DNA from: a virus
Lineage: Duplodnaviria > Caudoviricetes
Direction: 5' to 3' (one strand)
DNA length: 24,457 nt
Virus record (IMG/VR): IMGVR_UViG_3300027746_000091
Coordinates: 1 to 24,457 of that record
Below, piece by piece: positions 1-8,355 of this stretch (position 1 is the stretch's first letter; every line of letters begins with the position of its first letter). The position numbers were made by a program, and so were the translations under genes. Below the pieces are notes generated by a model that made no database searches, was not told where the DNA came from, and saw nothing but the letters and a program-made list of their open reading frames with translations.

Positions 1-104
1 TCGGCATCGAGCACCAGCAGGGCATCGGTGCCGGCTGCGCTAGGGCTGACCCCGTAGGTGGCCTCCGTCTTGACCATCAGGATCTGCCGCTTGTTCGATG
101 CCAT
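1..104 (-). CDS. Major tail tube protein, N-terminal fragment (runs off window)
   Basis: ATG at 104 gives MASNKRQILMVKTEATYGVSPSAAGTDALLVLDA; the K-x-E-x-x-YG N-terminus is typical of siphovirus tail tubes; follows the tail terminator. Confidence 0.65.
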   Translation of the reverse strand, partial: MASNKRQILMVKTEATYGVSPSAAGTDALLVLDA

Positions 105-210
105 CGGTCGTTACCTCGGGAAATTCAGCGGGGGGTTGGTTGACCCATTCGCCATCAACCAGCAGGAAGCTGCCAGCGGTGGTGGGCCAAGGGGGGAGAT
201 CAGCGGTCAT
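40..210 (-). CDS. Small hypothetical protein (56 aa)
   Basis: ATGA overlap with the stop of 207..626; MTADLPPWPTTAGSFLLVDGEW; overlaps the tail tube start. Confidence 0.45.
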   Translation of the reverse strand: MTADLPPWPTTAGSFLLVDGEWVNQPPAEFPEVTTDGIEQAADPDGQDGGHLRGQP

Positions 211-626
211 GCCGTCAGATCGGAAAGAAGGGTCCGATACCTCACAGAATAGGAAGAGCTCAGAATGCCGATCTCTCCCGGCTCGGCCTTCCATTCCCGA
301 CTCTGGGGGTAGCAGTGGATCACCTGAAGTCCGGTGAAGGTGGCGGCCATCAGGCGGCTGTGCATGTCCACCCGGATCGGATCAGCCAGGGTGCTCAGCG
401 GCGAACCGCTGATCAGGATGTCAATGCTCACCGTCAGGTCGGTGTTGATCGGTCCGGTGGTCGGCACCTCGTCGCTTTCCCCCAGCGGCTCCACCACCAG
501 GCAAGGCATCTCTGATCTGGCCACCGCCTCCCAGCGGTCCCGGAACACCCGGGAGCTGATGCCGGTGGTGGGGGTGATCGCGGTGACGATCGCCGCCAGG
601 ATCCGTTCGGCTTTGCTCAGCGTCAT
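207..626 (-). CDS. Tail terminator / minor tail protein U-like
   Basis: 139 aa; ERILAAI..RVFRDR..EMPCLVV..YSVRYRT pattern typical of gpU-like proteins; upstream of tail tube. Confidence 0.75.
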   Translation of the reverse strand: MTLSKAERILAAIVTAITPTTGISSRVFRDRWEAVARSEMPCLVVEPLGESDEVPTTGPINTDLTVSIDILISGSPLSTLADPIRVDMHSRLMAATFTGLQVIHCYPQSREWKAEPGEIGILSSSYSVRYRTLLSDLTA

Positions 627-835
627 GGCCTGGGCTCTACATCGGTGTCAGGCCGGCGGCGCCGACCCAGGCCCAGCAGGCGCCCAGCGGCAGGGATGGC
701 GCCCTGGATGGGGCTGGGCACCAGCACGCCTAGAGCGACGTTCCAGCGGGCGTCGCAGGCCTGATGCGGCGATGGAGCCCGGTATTCGCAGATGCCGATG
801 TACCCGGCCAGCAGCGCCACGACGGGCCAGTTCAT
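623..835 (-). CDS. Small membrane protein, possibly holin-like
   Basis: 70 aa, two hydrophobic stretches, basic RRRR tail; ATGA coupling on both sides. Confidence 0.5.
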   Translation of the reverse strand: MNWPVVALLAGYIGICEYRAPSPHQACDARWNVALGVLVPSPIQGAIPAAGRLLGLGRRRRPDTDVEPRP

Positions 836-1137
836 GGCTTCACCTGCTGATGCTCGACCGGAACGGCAAGCCTGAGCTGGAACATGGTCGCCAATGCCGG
901 GATCCCCACCGCCAGCACCAGGCCAATGCCGGCGATCTGGGCGAGTCGGGATTCCAGAGCGCGCTGGCGGCTGAACAGCGCATCAAGATCCTTGGTGATC
1001 CTGGCTACGTCTTCCTTGCGCTCGGCCATGATCGAAAGGATGTTGTCAATCTTGGCGCCCAGCTCAGCAAGCCGGACATAGATGTCCCGGTGCGATACGT
1101 CCTCTGGTGGCATAGCGGATACGGGCGTTGTGCTCAT
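832..1137 (-). CDS. Coiled-coil protein with C-terminal transmembrane helix (XhlA/holin-like architecture)
   Basis: Heptad region followed by IAGIGLVLAVGIPALATMF; ATGA coupling. Confidence 0.6.
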   Translation of the reverse strand: MSTTPVSAMPPEDVSHRDIYVRLAELGAKIDNILSIMAERKEDVARITKDLDALFSRQRALESRLAQIAGIGLVLAVGIPALATMFQLRLAVPVEHQQVKP

Positions 1138-1430
1138 TCTGCCGACGGCTGCAGGGAGTAGGTGGGGGTGAGGTTGTACAGGGCGAGAAGACCCACCAGC
1201 TCCTGTAGCTGCGTTTCCTGTGCGCTACTGCCCGCCAGCTCCATCAACCTCCAGATCGACTCCTGGATGTCGGCCTGGTTGGCGTTGCCGTTGATGGCGT
1301 CAAGCATCTCAACGCGCAGCCTCACGGTGCGCAGTTCAATCGCCTCGGAATATCGGGCCATTGACATCATCCCTTGCCAGGCCGCAGTGCCCTTGAACGC
1401 CGCCCAGAAACCAGCGTAATTTGGTTCCAT
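1134..1430 (-). CDS. Hypothetical protein, probable fibre chaperone/assembly factor (98 aa)
   Basis: Start moved to the ATG at 1430 (TGATG overlap with fibre stop); MEPNYAGFWAAF...; directly downstream of the fibre gene. Confidence 0.55.
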   Translation of the reverse strand: MEPNYAGFWAAFKGTAAWQGMMSMARYSEAIELRTVRLRVEMLDAINGNANQADIQESIWRLMELAGSSAQETQLQELVGLLALYNLTPTYSLQPSAE

Positions 1431-3718
1431 CAATAGACACTCTCGACATATATCTTGTACACGGACAAGGTGACGGCGTTCGCGGTTACGTTTGCAGTGC
1501 CGTTGCTTGCTTGACACTGCGGAGACATTGTTACGGTTGCTCCAGGAATGTTGGCCGTTGTAGAGTTTGTGTAGGTAACTCCGTTGCTTACGTCGTCCAA
1601 CCTAAAGAAAATAGTGCCACCATTTGGGGCGCAATACATACTGAATTCCAGCAGCGGTGAGTTGGTCACCAAGCTTGCTGTGAGGTTGATGGGCAGCGCG
1701 TTCCTAGTAGTGCCGTCGTGGGTAACAAAGCTCAGCGCACCAGATCCTGTCGCCGGGTCGGTGGTGATGTGAGAAAGGCCACAAAATGGACCGGCCGAGG
1801 TATCGGAAATGCAAATTGAGGCCGCAAATCCCTGCCCTTGCAACCCCGTAAATAGCCTTACAGTCGCAGCGGGACAAGTAATACGAAACCGGGAATAGTA
1901 GAAAAACCCGCCGGTATTGGCAACGTTACCTCTAAAGAAAGCCCTTAACTCGGTGGCGTTGCATCGTGGCCCTAACTGTTGGTCCGTGGTTGTAACTACA
2001 TTTGAGTAGGCGGTGCGCCTGCCAGCGCTGGCTACGTCCGTTGCAGCAGGCGCTGGGTGGGTAACTGTCCCATTTGAAGTCCATGCTGGCTGGAAAGCGC
2101 TACTCCCGGTTCCCGTTGTTGTGCTCGCCGGAGCAAAAAGCATGATGCTATTACTGAATATGCTGGGCTGCAACAGCGTGGCTGCACCAGTCGGCCCCTG
2201 CATGGCCAGCATAAACCTGTTGGCTATATCAACCGGATATGGAACAACGCTTGACGCATCCGCCGCAGCAGGTGTGCTAACTGGGGTGGTTAGTTGAAGG
2301 TTGTTGGAATTGATCTTTACGTTGGTTGCGCCCGCGAATGCGCCCGCATCGTTGTACTGAACCTGAGTGGTGCTGCCGCCTGGAGATCCGCCTCCTCCAC
2401 CGCCAGTTGCCGCCAGTACGCCACCAGTCAGTGTCAGGTTGGCGCCGATGCTGATCTCCTCGACCGCACCCGTAGTTGCTGTGGTTCGACCCAGCAGGCG
2501 GGCCGTCGCCATGGTCAGGCCCGAGCCGGTGATGGCGCCAGCGGTGGCCTTTGCAGCGTCGTTGCCGTTAAGCTTCTGAATCGCCGTCAAGATCGAGTCG
2601 GTTGCGGCGATGGTCCCGGCGCCGCTGGTGAAGCCGGTCAGGACCGATGCGATTGGCACCGTGCCGTTGCTGGCCGCTGTGAGCCTGCCTGCGGCATCAA
2701 CCGTGAAGCTGCCATAGGTGTAGCTGCCGGCGCTCACCGCTGTAGCAGGCAAGTCGGCCGCCACCAGGGAGCGGAAGGTCGGAGCGGCGGCCCCACCCGT
2801 GGTTGGGCCAGCCCAGACGAGGTTGGCGCTCTGCGTGGCCAAGGTGGCGGTGAGCGTGCCGGTGGCGGTGACTGGGGAGCCGGTGACCGAGAAAAGGCCA
2901 GGCAGGCTCAGGCCAACGCTGGTGACCGTGCCGCTGCCACCACCACCAGCGCCGGTATCGCCGCGGGGGATGGTGAAGTTGAAGACGGCCGCGCTGCTGG
3001 TTCCGGCGTTCGTGACGCTGGCGGATGTGCCAGCGGCGCCGGTGGTGACGGTCCCAACAGAGATCGTGGCGGCTGTGCCGTTGGTTCCGTTCGTCCCTGC
3101 GTCGCCTCGGGGGATGGTGAAGTTCAGCGTGGCCGCCGAGGATGTGCCGCTGTTCGTGACTGATGCGGACGATCCGGCGGTGCCTGTGGTCACCGTGCCA
3201 ACGCTGACGGTGGCCGCCGTGCCGTTCGTGCCGTTCGTTCCGGCGTCACCGCGGGGGATGGCGAAGGCCAGCACGGCGGCGGAGCTTGTGCCGGTGTTCG
3301 TGACCGTTGCTGACGATCCCGCAGCGCCTGTGGTCACCGTGCCAACGCTGACGGTGGCTGCCGTGCCGTTCGTCCCGTTTGCTCCGGCGGCGCCGATCAA
3401 CGAAACGCCAGAGCCCCACGCGCCGGCCGTCTTGGGGCCATACAGGCGCGTGGCTGCCGTGTCCAGGTAGATGTCACCGTTGACGCCCAGGGCGCTGCTA
3501 GGGGCGCCGCTGCCGCTCAGGATGGTGTTGCCGCCGCCGCCGCTGCCGGTGGAGAAGTAGCTCAGCGCGCTCCAGGCCGTGGCGCCATCGCCGATCTTCA
3601 GCTTCCTGGCGTCAGTCTCAAACCCCCATTCGCCATTGAGCAGGACGGGATTAACCGTCGTCCAGTTCGCAGCCGTGTCGCGGCGGATAACAATGCGGGC
3701 CGGGATCGTTTGGCTCAT
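1430..3718 (-). CDS. Fibre / receptor-binding protein with Mtd_N-like N-terminal domain
   Basis: RRDTAANWTTVNPVLLNGEWGFETDARKLKIGDG is the Mtd/hyaluronidase-type N-terminus; G/T/A/S-rich repeats, QVQYNDAGAFAG linker, beta-rich C-terminus. Confidence 0.85.
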   Translation of the reverse strand: MSQTIPARIVIRRDTAANWTTVNPVLLNGEWGFETDARKLKIGDGATAWSALSYFSTGSGGGGNTILSGSGAPSSALGVNGDIYLDTAATRLYGPKTAGAWGSGVSLIGAAGANGTNGTAATVSVGTVTTGAAGSSATVTNTGTSSAAVLAFAIPRGDAGTNGTNGTAATVSVGTVTTGTAGSSASVTNSGTSSAATLNFTIPRGDAGTNGTNGTAATISVGTVTTGAAGTSASVTNAGTSSAAVFNFTIPRGDTGAGGGGSGTVTSVGLSLPGLFSVTGSPVTATGTLTATLATQSANLVWAGPTTGGAAAPTFRSLVAADLPATAVSAGSYTYGSFTVDAAGRLTAASNGTVPIASVLTGFTSGAGTIAATDSILTAIQKLNGNDAAKATAGAITGSGLTMATARLLGRTTATTGAVEEISIGANLTLTGGVLAATGGGGGGSPGGSTTQVQYNDAGAFAGATNVKINSNNLQLTTPVSTPAAADASSVVPYPVDIANRFMLAMQGPTGAATLLQPSIFSNSIMLFAPASTTTGTGSSAFQPAWTSNGTVTHPAPAATDVASAGRRTAYSNVVTTTDQQLGPRCNATELRAFFRGNVANTGGFFYYSRFRITCPAATVRLFTGLQGQGFAASICISDTSAGPFCGLSHITTDPATGSGALSFVTHDGTTRNALPINLTASLVTNSPLLEFSMYCAPNGGTIFFRLDDVSNGVTYTNSTTANIPGATVTMSPQCQASNGTANVTANAVTLSVYKIYVESVY
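2955..3385 (-). repeat. Three tandem 144-bp (48 aa) coding repeats
   Basis: G(T/A)NGTNGTAAT(V/I)SVGTVTTG..IPRGD x3; IPRG codons near 2961, 3105 and 3249. Confidence 0.9.
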
Positions 3719-4077
3719 GCTCCACCACCGTCGTAGAGAGTGCCGGAGGCAAGCGCGGCGCCACCGTCCAAGATGTAATCAATCGCGGGATCTGGATCCA
3801 TCTTCACCAGCGGCACCCGGCAGAACGTGCCGTCGTCAAAGCGCTGCGGCTGGGTTTCAACCTTGTAGCTGGTGCTGTCAACCGTCACCAGGTCGCCATA
3901 GCTCAGGCTGCCGAAGGTGGCTGTCGGCACGGTCAGCAAATAATCAATGATCGTGATTTCGCCGCCGAGGATGATCTCGGAGTTTTGGTCAAGGACGCCA
4001 ACACCTGAAACGGCTCCAGCGGTCACCGCCACGCCGAAGTCGGCGAGGAACGGATCGAGCGACTCGGTGAAAGCCAT
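3715..4077 (-). CDS. Head closure / head-tail joining protein (gpFII-like) with C-terminal DGG extension
   Basis: 120 aa beta-rich (GDLVTVDSTSYKV..DDG); position after capsid and FI-like gene. Confidence 0.7.
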   Translation of the reverse strand: MAFTESLDPFLADFGVAVTAGAVSGVGVLDQNSEIILGGEITIIDYLLTVPTATFGSLSYGDLVTVDSTSYKVETQPQRFDDGTFCRVPLVKMDPDPAIDYILDGGAALASGTLYDGGGA

Positions 4078-4244
4078 CAGGTGGGCTCCTTTGCCTTGCG
4101 CGTCGGCTTGGCTTCAGGCAGCTCGGTGGTGGCGCGGCCCAGGCGCACCAGGATCGCCGCGTCGTCGTCGGACACGTCCTGAACGGTGCCGGCCTCCAGG
4201 GCCTGGCCGCTGGCGATGGTGTTGCGCAGAAGGAAGATCTTCAT
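4077..4244 (-). CDS. Small DNA-packaging gpFI-like protein (55 aa; missed by ORF track)
   Basis: MKIFLLRNTIASGQALEAGTVQDVSDDDAAILVRLGRA...; TGATG coupling to next gene; directly after capsid. Confidence 0.65.
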   Translation of the reverse strand: MKIFLLRNTIASGQALEAGTVQDVSDDDAAILVRLGRATTELPEAKPTRKAKEPT

Positions 4245-4247
4245 GTG

Positions 4248-4272
4248 GGAAAGGGGCGGCAGATGCCGCCCC
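4248..4272 (-). terminator. Hairpin / weak intrinsic terminator after capsid gene
   Basis: GGGGCGGC-ATCT-GCCGCCCC followed by TTT on the minus strand. Confidence 0.55.
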
Positions 4273-4299
4273 GGTCAGGGTTGGGAGCCTGAGCCCCTA

Positions 4300-6192
4300 T
4301 CAGCTGGTCGTCACGTCGAGGCAGGCTGCGAAGCACTTGGGATCGCGCACCGCCACGTCGTAGGTCACGATGCCCCGGACGCTGGTAAGCGCCTTGGAGA
4401 AGTCATCGGAGTCCTCGCCCACGGTGATCTCGAGGCCGTTGCCCCAGAGGCCGACCATGGCCTGGCTGTAATCACCGATCACCACCGCCGAGCAAACACC
4501 GGAGCTGGTGCCTTTGGTCAGGGTGGAAGGCACCTGGTTGGTGACGTAGATGCCGTAGCCGTTCACCACCGAAGGGGTGGCGCCGCGGCCGATGGCCAGC
4601 AGGTTGTCATTCACCAGGAAGGGACCGTCCGTGGTGGTGGAGCCACCAGCGCGGAGCTTCTTCAGGTTGCCCATCACCTTGGCGTTGGTGATGTAGTTGA
4701 CCGAGTTGCGATCAACGGGGACGTTATCAATCGTGAGCTCGGTTTCAAGGTTCACCAGGGTTTCCATGGTGATCGCGCCGCCGTTGGTGCCGATCGCCAC
4801 CGAACCGATGCCGCTGGTGCCCATGATCCCCAGAGGCTGGCCGGATGCGCCGGAGCCGTTGAGGATGCCCAGATCCATGGCGACGTTGATGCCGTCGATC
4901 AGGTCGGTGCGCACCAGCTGCTCGATGCCAGGGGTGGCCTGCAGCAGGGTTTGGCGGCTGTACTTGGACAGCGCGGCCAGGTTCTTCGGCGAGAGCGTCA
5001 CCTGGTCGAAGGTGGACTCCGACTGGGTGATGGCGGTGGTCTGGCTGCTCAGGTAGTAGGTGGATGCCACACCAGAGCGGCGGGGAATTGCCACGTTGCC
5101 CTGCAGGCCGGGCATGGTGCGAACACCAGCGGCGAGCATCACACTGCGGTTGCGCAGGAACTCAATGAAGTCCTGATCCAGCAGATCGGTTTGCACCAGG
5201 TTGCCGCCGGTGGTGGCGCCGCTGGTGACGTAGGTGGCCCGGGTGAGAGCAGAGAAGGGAATGAAGAAAGCCCGCTCGGCCGAAGGTGCGCGGCCCATCG
5301 ACTTCTGCACCTCGGCGCTCATTTCGCGCACCAGGCCGGCTTCGTAGGAGCTCCAATCACCAGACAGAGCGGCACGGATGCCGGCGGTGATATTGAAGCG
5401 GGTGGCGTCGCGCTGGTCCATCTCAACCGGCTTGACGGTTTCGACAGGCTTGGCGCTGATCTTCTCAAGCACCGCGGCGCGGGCTTCGTCAATGCTGCGG
5501 CCGTTTTCGATCAGGGTGGCGCCCAGATCCTTAAGGCCGTGGCGCGCGGTCAGGGCGTTGATGCTGGCAATGCGGGTGCGCTCGGCGTTGGCGGCTTGTG
5601 CAGCCGCTTCCGCCCGCACCGCCTCGAGGTTGAGGTTGGTGTCTTCCATTGGGGTTGGGGAAGGAGTAGGGGTCGGGGTTGCGGCTGGGGCCGCTCCATC
5701 GGTGTCGAGCTTTCGCCCGATGCCAATGGTTGGATCGGCAGGGATGCCGACCACGGACACTTCGTAGGGTTGCCACGAAGTGGCGACGAAGTTGTCGCCG
5801 CGCTCTTCCATCTGGTTGATGAAATAGCCGACCGAGACATTCCGTAGAACGCCATCGGCCACGTCGGTCATCACCTCCTGCGCAAACGCATTGCGGCTGA
5901 ACTTGACCGACACCATGCCGCGCATCTTCTCGTTGTCGATCCAGGCACGCTGAACGACGCCGATCACGCGCGATGGGTCATGGTTGAACAGGACCGGAGC
6001 GCCATCCTGAAGGCGGCCCAGATCAACGGAGCCGCGCTCATGGCTCAGCACTTCGTTGCCGAAGTAGCGCTGCACCGGGTATTCGCTGGAGAAGCTGAAC
6101 TCCATCGTTCGGTCTTCGCTGCTGATGGCCGCACCATCCAGCGACGCCGCGCGGCGATGGGTCTGGCCCTCCAGATCACGCATCAGATCCAT
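4300..6192 (-). CDS. Prohead protease (HK97-type)-major capsid protein fusion
   Basis: LFNHD, NVSVGY and EVSVVGIPADP protease motifs; Pro/Thr linker; scaffold-like helix; HK97-fold capsid motifs (GGNLVQTD, GILNGSG, GDYS). Confidence 0.92.
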   Translation of the reverse strand: MDLMRDLEGQTHRRAASLDGAAISSEDRTMEFSFSSEYPVQRYFGNEVLSHERGSVDLGRLQDGAPVLFNHDPSRVIGVVQRAWIDNEKMRGMVSVKFSRNAFAQEVMTDVADGVLRNVSVGYFINQMEERGDNFVATSWQPYEVSVVGIPADPTIGIGRKLDTDGAAPAATPTPTPSPTPMEDTNLNLEAVRAEAAAQAANAERTRIASINALTARHGLKDLGATLIENGRSIDEARAAVLEKISAKPVETVKPVEMDQRDATRFNITAGIRAALSGDWSSYEAGLVREMSAEVQKSMGRAPSAERAFFIPFSALTRATYVTSGATTGGNLVQTDLLDQDFIEFLRNRSVMLAAGVRTMPGLQGNVAIPRRSGVASTYYLSSQTTAITQSESTFDQVTLSPKNLAALSKYSRQTLLQATPGIEQLVRTDLIDGINVAMDLGILNGSGASGQPLGIMGTSGIGSVAIGTNGGAITMETLVNLETELTIDNVPVDRNSVNYITNAKVMGNLKKLRAGGSTTTDGPFLVNDNLLAIGRGATPSVVNGYGIYVTNQVPSTLTKGTSSGVCSAVVIGDYSQAMVGLWGNGLEITVGEDSDDFSKALTSVRGIVTYDVAVRDPKCFAACLDVTTS

Positions 6193-7753
6193 TACTCTCC
6201 CCGTCTTGGTTCAGGCTAGGAACTCCGGTTGGGTCGCTCGTAGTAGCCGAGCCGGTTGGGTCGGCAGAGCCACCCTGCATGTCGTCGGCGGGGTTGGAGT
6301 CAAAATGCAGATCAAGCTCTTCAGCCCGGTCCACCTCGGCCTTGCGTGCAATCAGCAGCTCCTCAAGGTCGCCGCCCTGCTCGGCCACCACCTGGGCCTG
6401 GGTCTTGGTGCCCGAGCGGATGGCCAGATTGTCGGCTTGGGCATCTTTGAGCGGGTCGATGTAGCTCCAGCCGCGGGCCATCCACCGGCAGGCACAGAAG
6501 CGATCGGGCGCCAGGTCGTAGCTCGGCAGGCTGAGCGCACCGCTGAGCACGGCGGCCTCGATCCAGCGCTCGAACACCGGGGTCAGCAGCTCGTCGATCA
6601 GGTACTGCTGCAGCACCTTCCAACAGTCGCGGTCTTCGATCTGCGCCAGGCGGGAGCTTGAATAGTTAGACATCGAGTAATCGCCGGACAGCGCGGCATA
6701 GTTCACGCCAATGCCCGAGGCAAACGCTCGCAGCATCCCGCGCACGAACGGCTCCAGCTGGCCATCCGGCGCGTTGATCTGCGGCACCTCCACGGACTGG
6801 CCGGGGAACAGCGTCTTGAACATGCCCGGCTCAAAGGTGGTGACGTGCTCGCCGTCGATCACCTCTTCTCCGTAGGTGTCGCCAGCGCCTTCTGGGCTGG
6901 TGATGAATCCCATCAACGCCGACGCTGCCCGGGCCCGCACCAGAGCCGCTTGCTCATAGCCCGCCAGGTGGTGAAGCCGTTGAATGCCAGCGGCAAACCA
7001 CGACACGCCCCGGGTCTGCTGCGGGCGCTCCGGCACGAACAGATGCAGCACTTCGGCAGCTGGCACCAGCAGATGGCGCGCGCTTGGGTTGTGGCCGCCC
7101 AGGGCTGTGTCGCCGGGATGCTTGGCCAGGAAGGCATACCGAACAGGCCGCCCCCACTGGTCCACCTCCACGCCCATGCGCCACTCGTTGCCCGGCACCG
7201 TGCTGCCGCCGGTGTAGTTCTCGTCCAGCTGGTCGCTCTCAAACACCTGCAGCGCCAGCGGTATCCGGCCGCCGCCAAAGGCCTGAGGCACCAGGCGGAT
7301 CAAGATCTCGCCGCTTTCGACCATGGCGCCCATCGCCATGCGCTCGATTTGGTGCAGGTTCAGGCGGCCGGCAACGTCACAGGTGGCCTTGCGGGTCCAC
7401 TTCTCCCAGGCCGCTTCGATCTGATCGTTCACCATCTGATCCAGCCGGCCGCCGCCGCGCTGCATTCGCACCTGCATCTGCAGCCGGATGCCGGTGCCGA
7501 CCACGTTGTTGGTGACCAGCGACTTCGCCCGCTTGGCGTAGTCGTTGTCCCGCACCAGCTGGCGGGCCCGGTTGCGCAACCTGCTGATGCTGCCCTTGAT
7601 CTCGCTGTCGGCGCTGCTGCCGCCGCTCACCCAGTCAGCCGTGAGGCGCGACACCGTGGCACCGGCATAGGCGCGGCGTTTGGGAGGTTTGACTGCTGCG
7701 GGCTTGCGCAGGCCCAGCCGTTCACGGATTGAGAAGCCAAGACCGAATGCCAT
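6176..7753 (-). CDS. Portal protein, lambda family
   Basis: LRNRARQLVRDN, RPQQTRGVSW, NYSSSR, W..IDPLKD motifs. Confidence 0.93.
   Translation of the reverse strand: MAFGLGFSIRERLGLRKPAAVKPPKRRAYAGATVSRLTADWVSGGSSADSEIKGSISRLRNRARQLVRDNDYAKRAKSLVTNNVVGTGIRLQMQVRMQRGGGRLDQMVNDQIEAAWEKWTRKATCDVAGRLNLHQIERMAMGAMVESGEILIRLVPQAFGGGRIPLALQVFESDQLDENYTGGSTVPGNEWRMGVEVDQWGRPVRYAFLAKHPGDTALGGHNPSARHLLVPAAEVLHLFVPERPQQTRGVSWFAAGIQRLHHLAGYEQAALVRARAASALMGFITSPEGAGDTYGEEVIDGEHVTTFEPGMFKTLFPGQSVEVPQINAPDGQLEPFVRGMLRAFASGIGVNYAALSGDYSMSNYSSSRLAQIEDRDCWKVLQQYLIDELLTPVFERWIEAAVLSGALSLPSYDLAPDRFCACRWMARGWSYIDPLKDAQADNLAIRSGTKTQAQVVAEQGGDLEELLIARKAEVDRAEELDLHFDSNPADDMQGGSADPTGSATTSDPTGVPSLNQDGESNGSDA
6211..6222 (-). 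promoter_or_regulatory. Candidate late promoter element TTCCTAGCCTGA upstream of capsid gene
   Basis: Identical 12-mer at 8336-8347; contains the -10-like hexamer TAGCCT. Confidence 0.5.
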
Positions 7754-8331
7754 CAGCCAAACCTCACGAACAGATTGCGCGGATCGCCCAGGCCATTGGC
7801 CATCCGCTCCGCCGCTTCTTCCTTGGCCACGTCGGCCTTGAGGCGGTTCTCAAGCTCGATCAGCTCGGCCAGGCTGAACCGCTCCAGCTGGCGACTGCCA
7901 ATCGTGTAGCGCTTCACCGCGCCACCGCTGATCAGGCTGCGGATGGCGGCCTGCACCGCGTCGAGGTCTTGCCGCGCTTGGCTGCGGCCATCAAAGGCGG
8001 CAGGGGTGCCGGTGTAGTTCAGGGCCGCCAGGATCGTGAGCGATCCGGTGCCGGTGGTGATCGCGTTGGCGCCGTTGGTGGCCCGGGCCTGCCAGTACCA
8101 GGCGCCGGCCGCCAGGGTGGCGGAGCTGGTGGCGCTGATCGTCGTCTCCCAGCCGCTGCCATAGCTGGTGCTGGCTACGGTCAGGCCGCCAGTGGCACCA
8201 GCAGTAGCCGAACGCAGGAAGTACGACAGCGACCAGGCCGCGCTGGTGACGGCATTGTCCAGGCTGTCGGTGGTGGCGTCGTCGCGCCAGGCCACCGTGT
8301 CACCGGCGCGAATCGTCGCAGGGATCGTCAT
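7753..8331 (-). CDS. Head-to-tail joining protein gpW-like with N-terminal extra domain
   Basis: C-terminal LDAVQAAI..YTIGSRQLERFSLAEL is gpW-like; lies between TerL and portal. Confidence 0.8.
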   Translation of the reverse strand: MTIPATIRAGDTVAWRDDATTDSLDNAVTSAAWSLSYFLRSATAGATGGLTVASTSYGSGWETTISATSSATLAAGAWYWQARATNGANAITTGTGSLTILAALNYTGTPAAFDGRSQARQDLDAVQAAIRSLISGGAVKRYTIGSRQLERFSLAELIELENRLKADVAKEEAAERMANGLGDPRNLFVRFG

Positions 8332-8334
8332 GGC

Positions 8335-8354
8335 ATCAGGCTAGGAAGCCTGAT
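8335..8354 (-). promoter_or_regulatory. Candidate late promoter inside an 8-bp inverted repeat (leaderless gpW mRNA)
   Basis: ATCAGGCT-AGGA-AGCCTGAT; TAGCCT lies 6 nt before the ATG at 8331. Confidence 0.5.
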
Positions 8355-8355
8355 C

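Noticed and set aside
1431-1517. N-terminal extensions given by the ORF track (e.g. 1517, 11648, 12270, 13921, 17794, 18647, 19535, 20405)
   Set aside because: Downstream starts with stop/start coupling, SD or C/A-rich leaders are better supported.
1430-3718. Diversity-generating retroelement suggested by the Mtd_N domain
   Set aside because: No reverse transcriptase, Avd or TR/VR repeat pair seen in the window; Mtd_N is only an anchoring domain.
4186-5847. 553-aa plus-strand ORF and other long antisense ORFs (2294..3163, 6845..7732, 14679..15377, 22258..22995)
   Set aside because: Shadow frames of high-GC genes with clear function on the opposite strand.
6226-6263. CCGGTTGGGTCG direct repeat
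   Set aside because: Encodes DPTG twice in the disordered portal tail; no other support for function.
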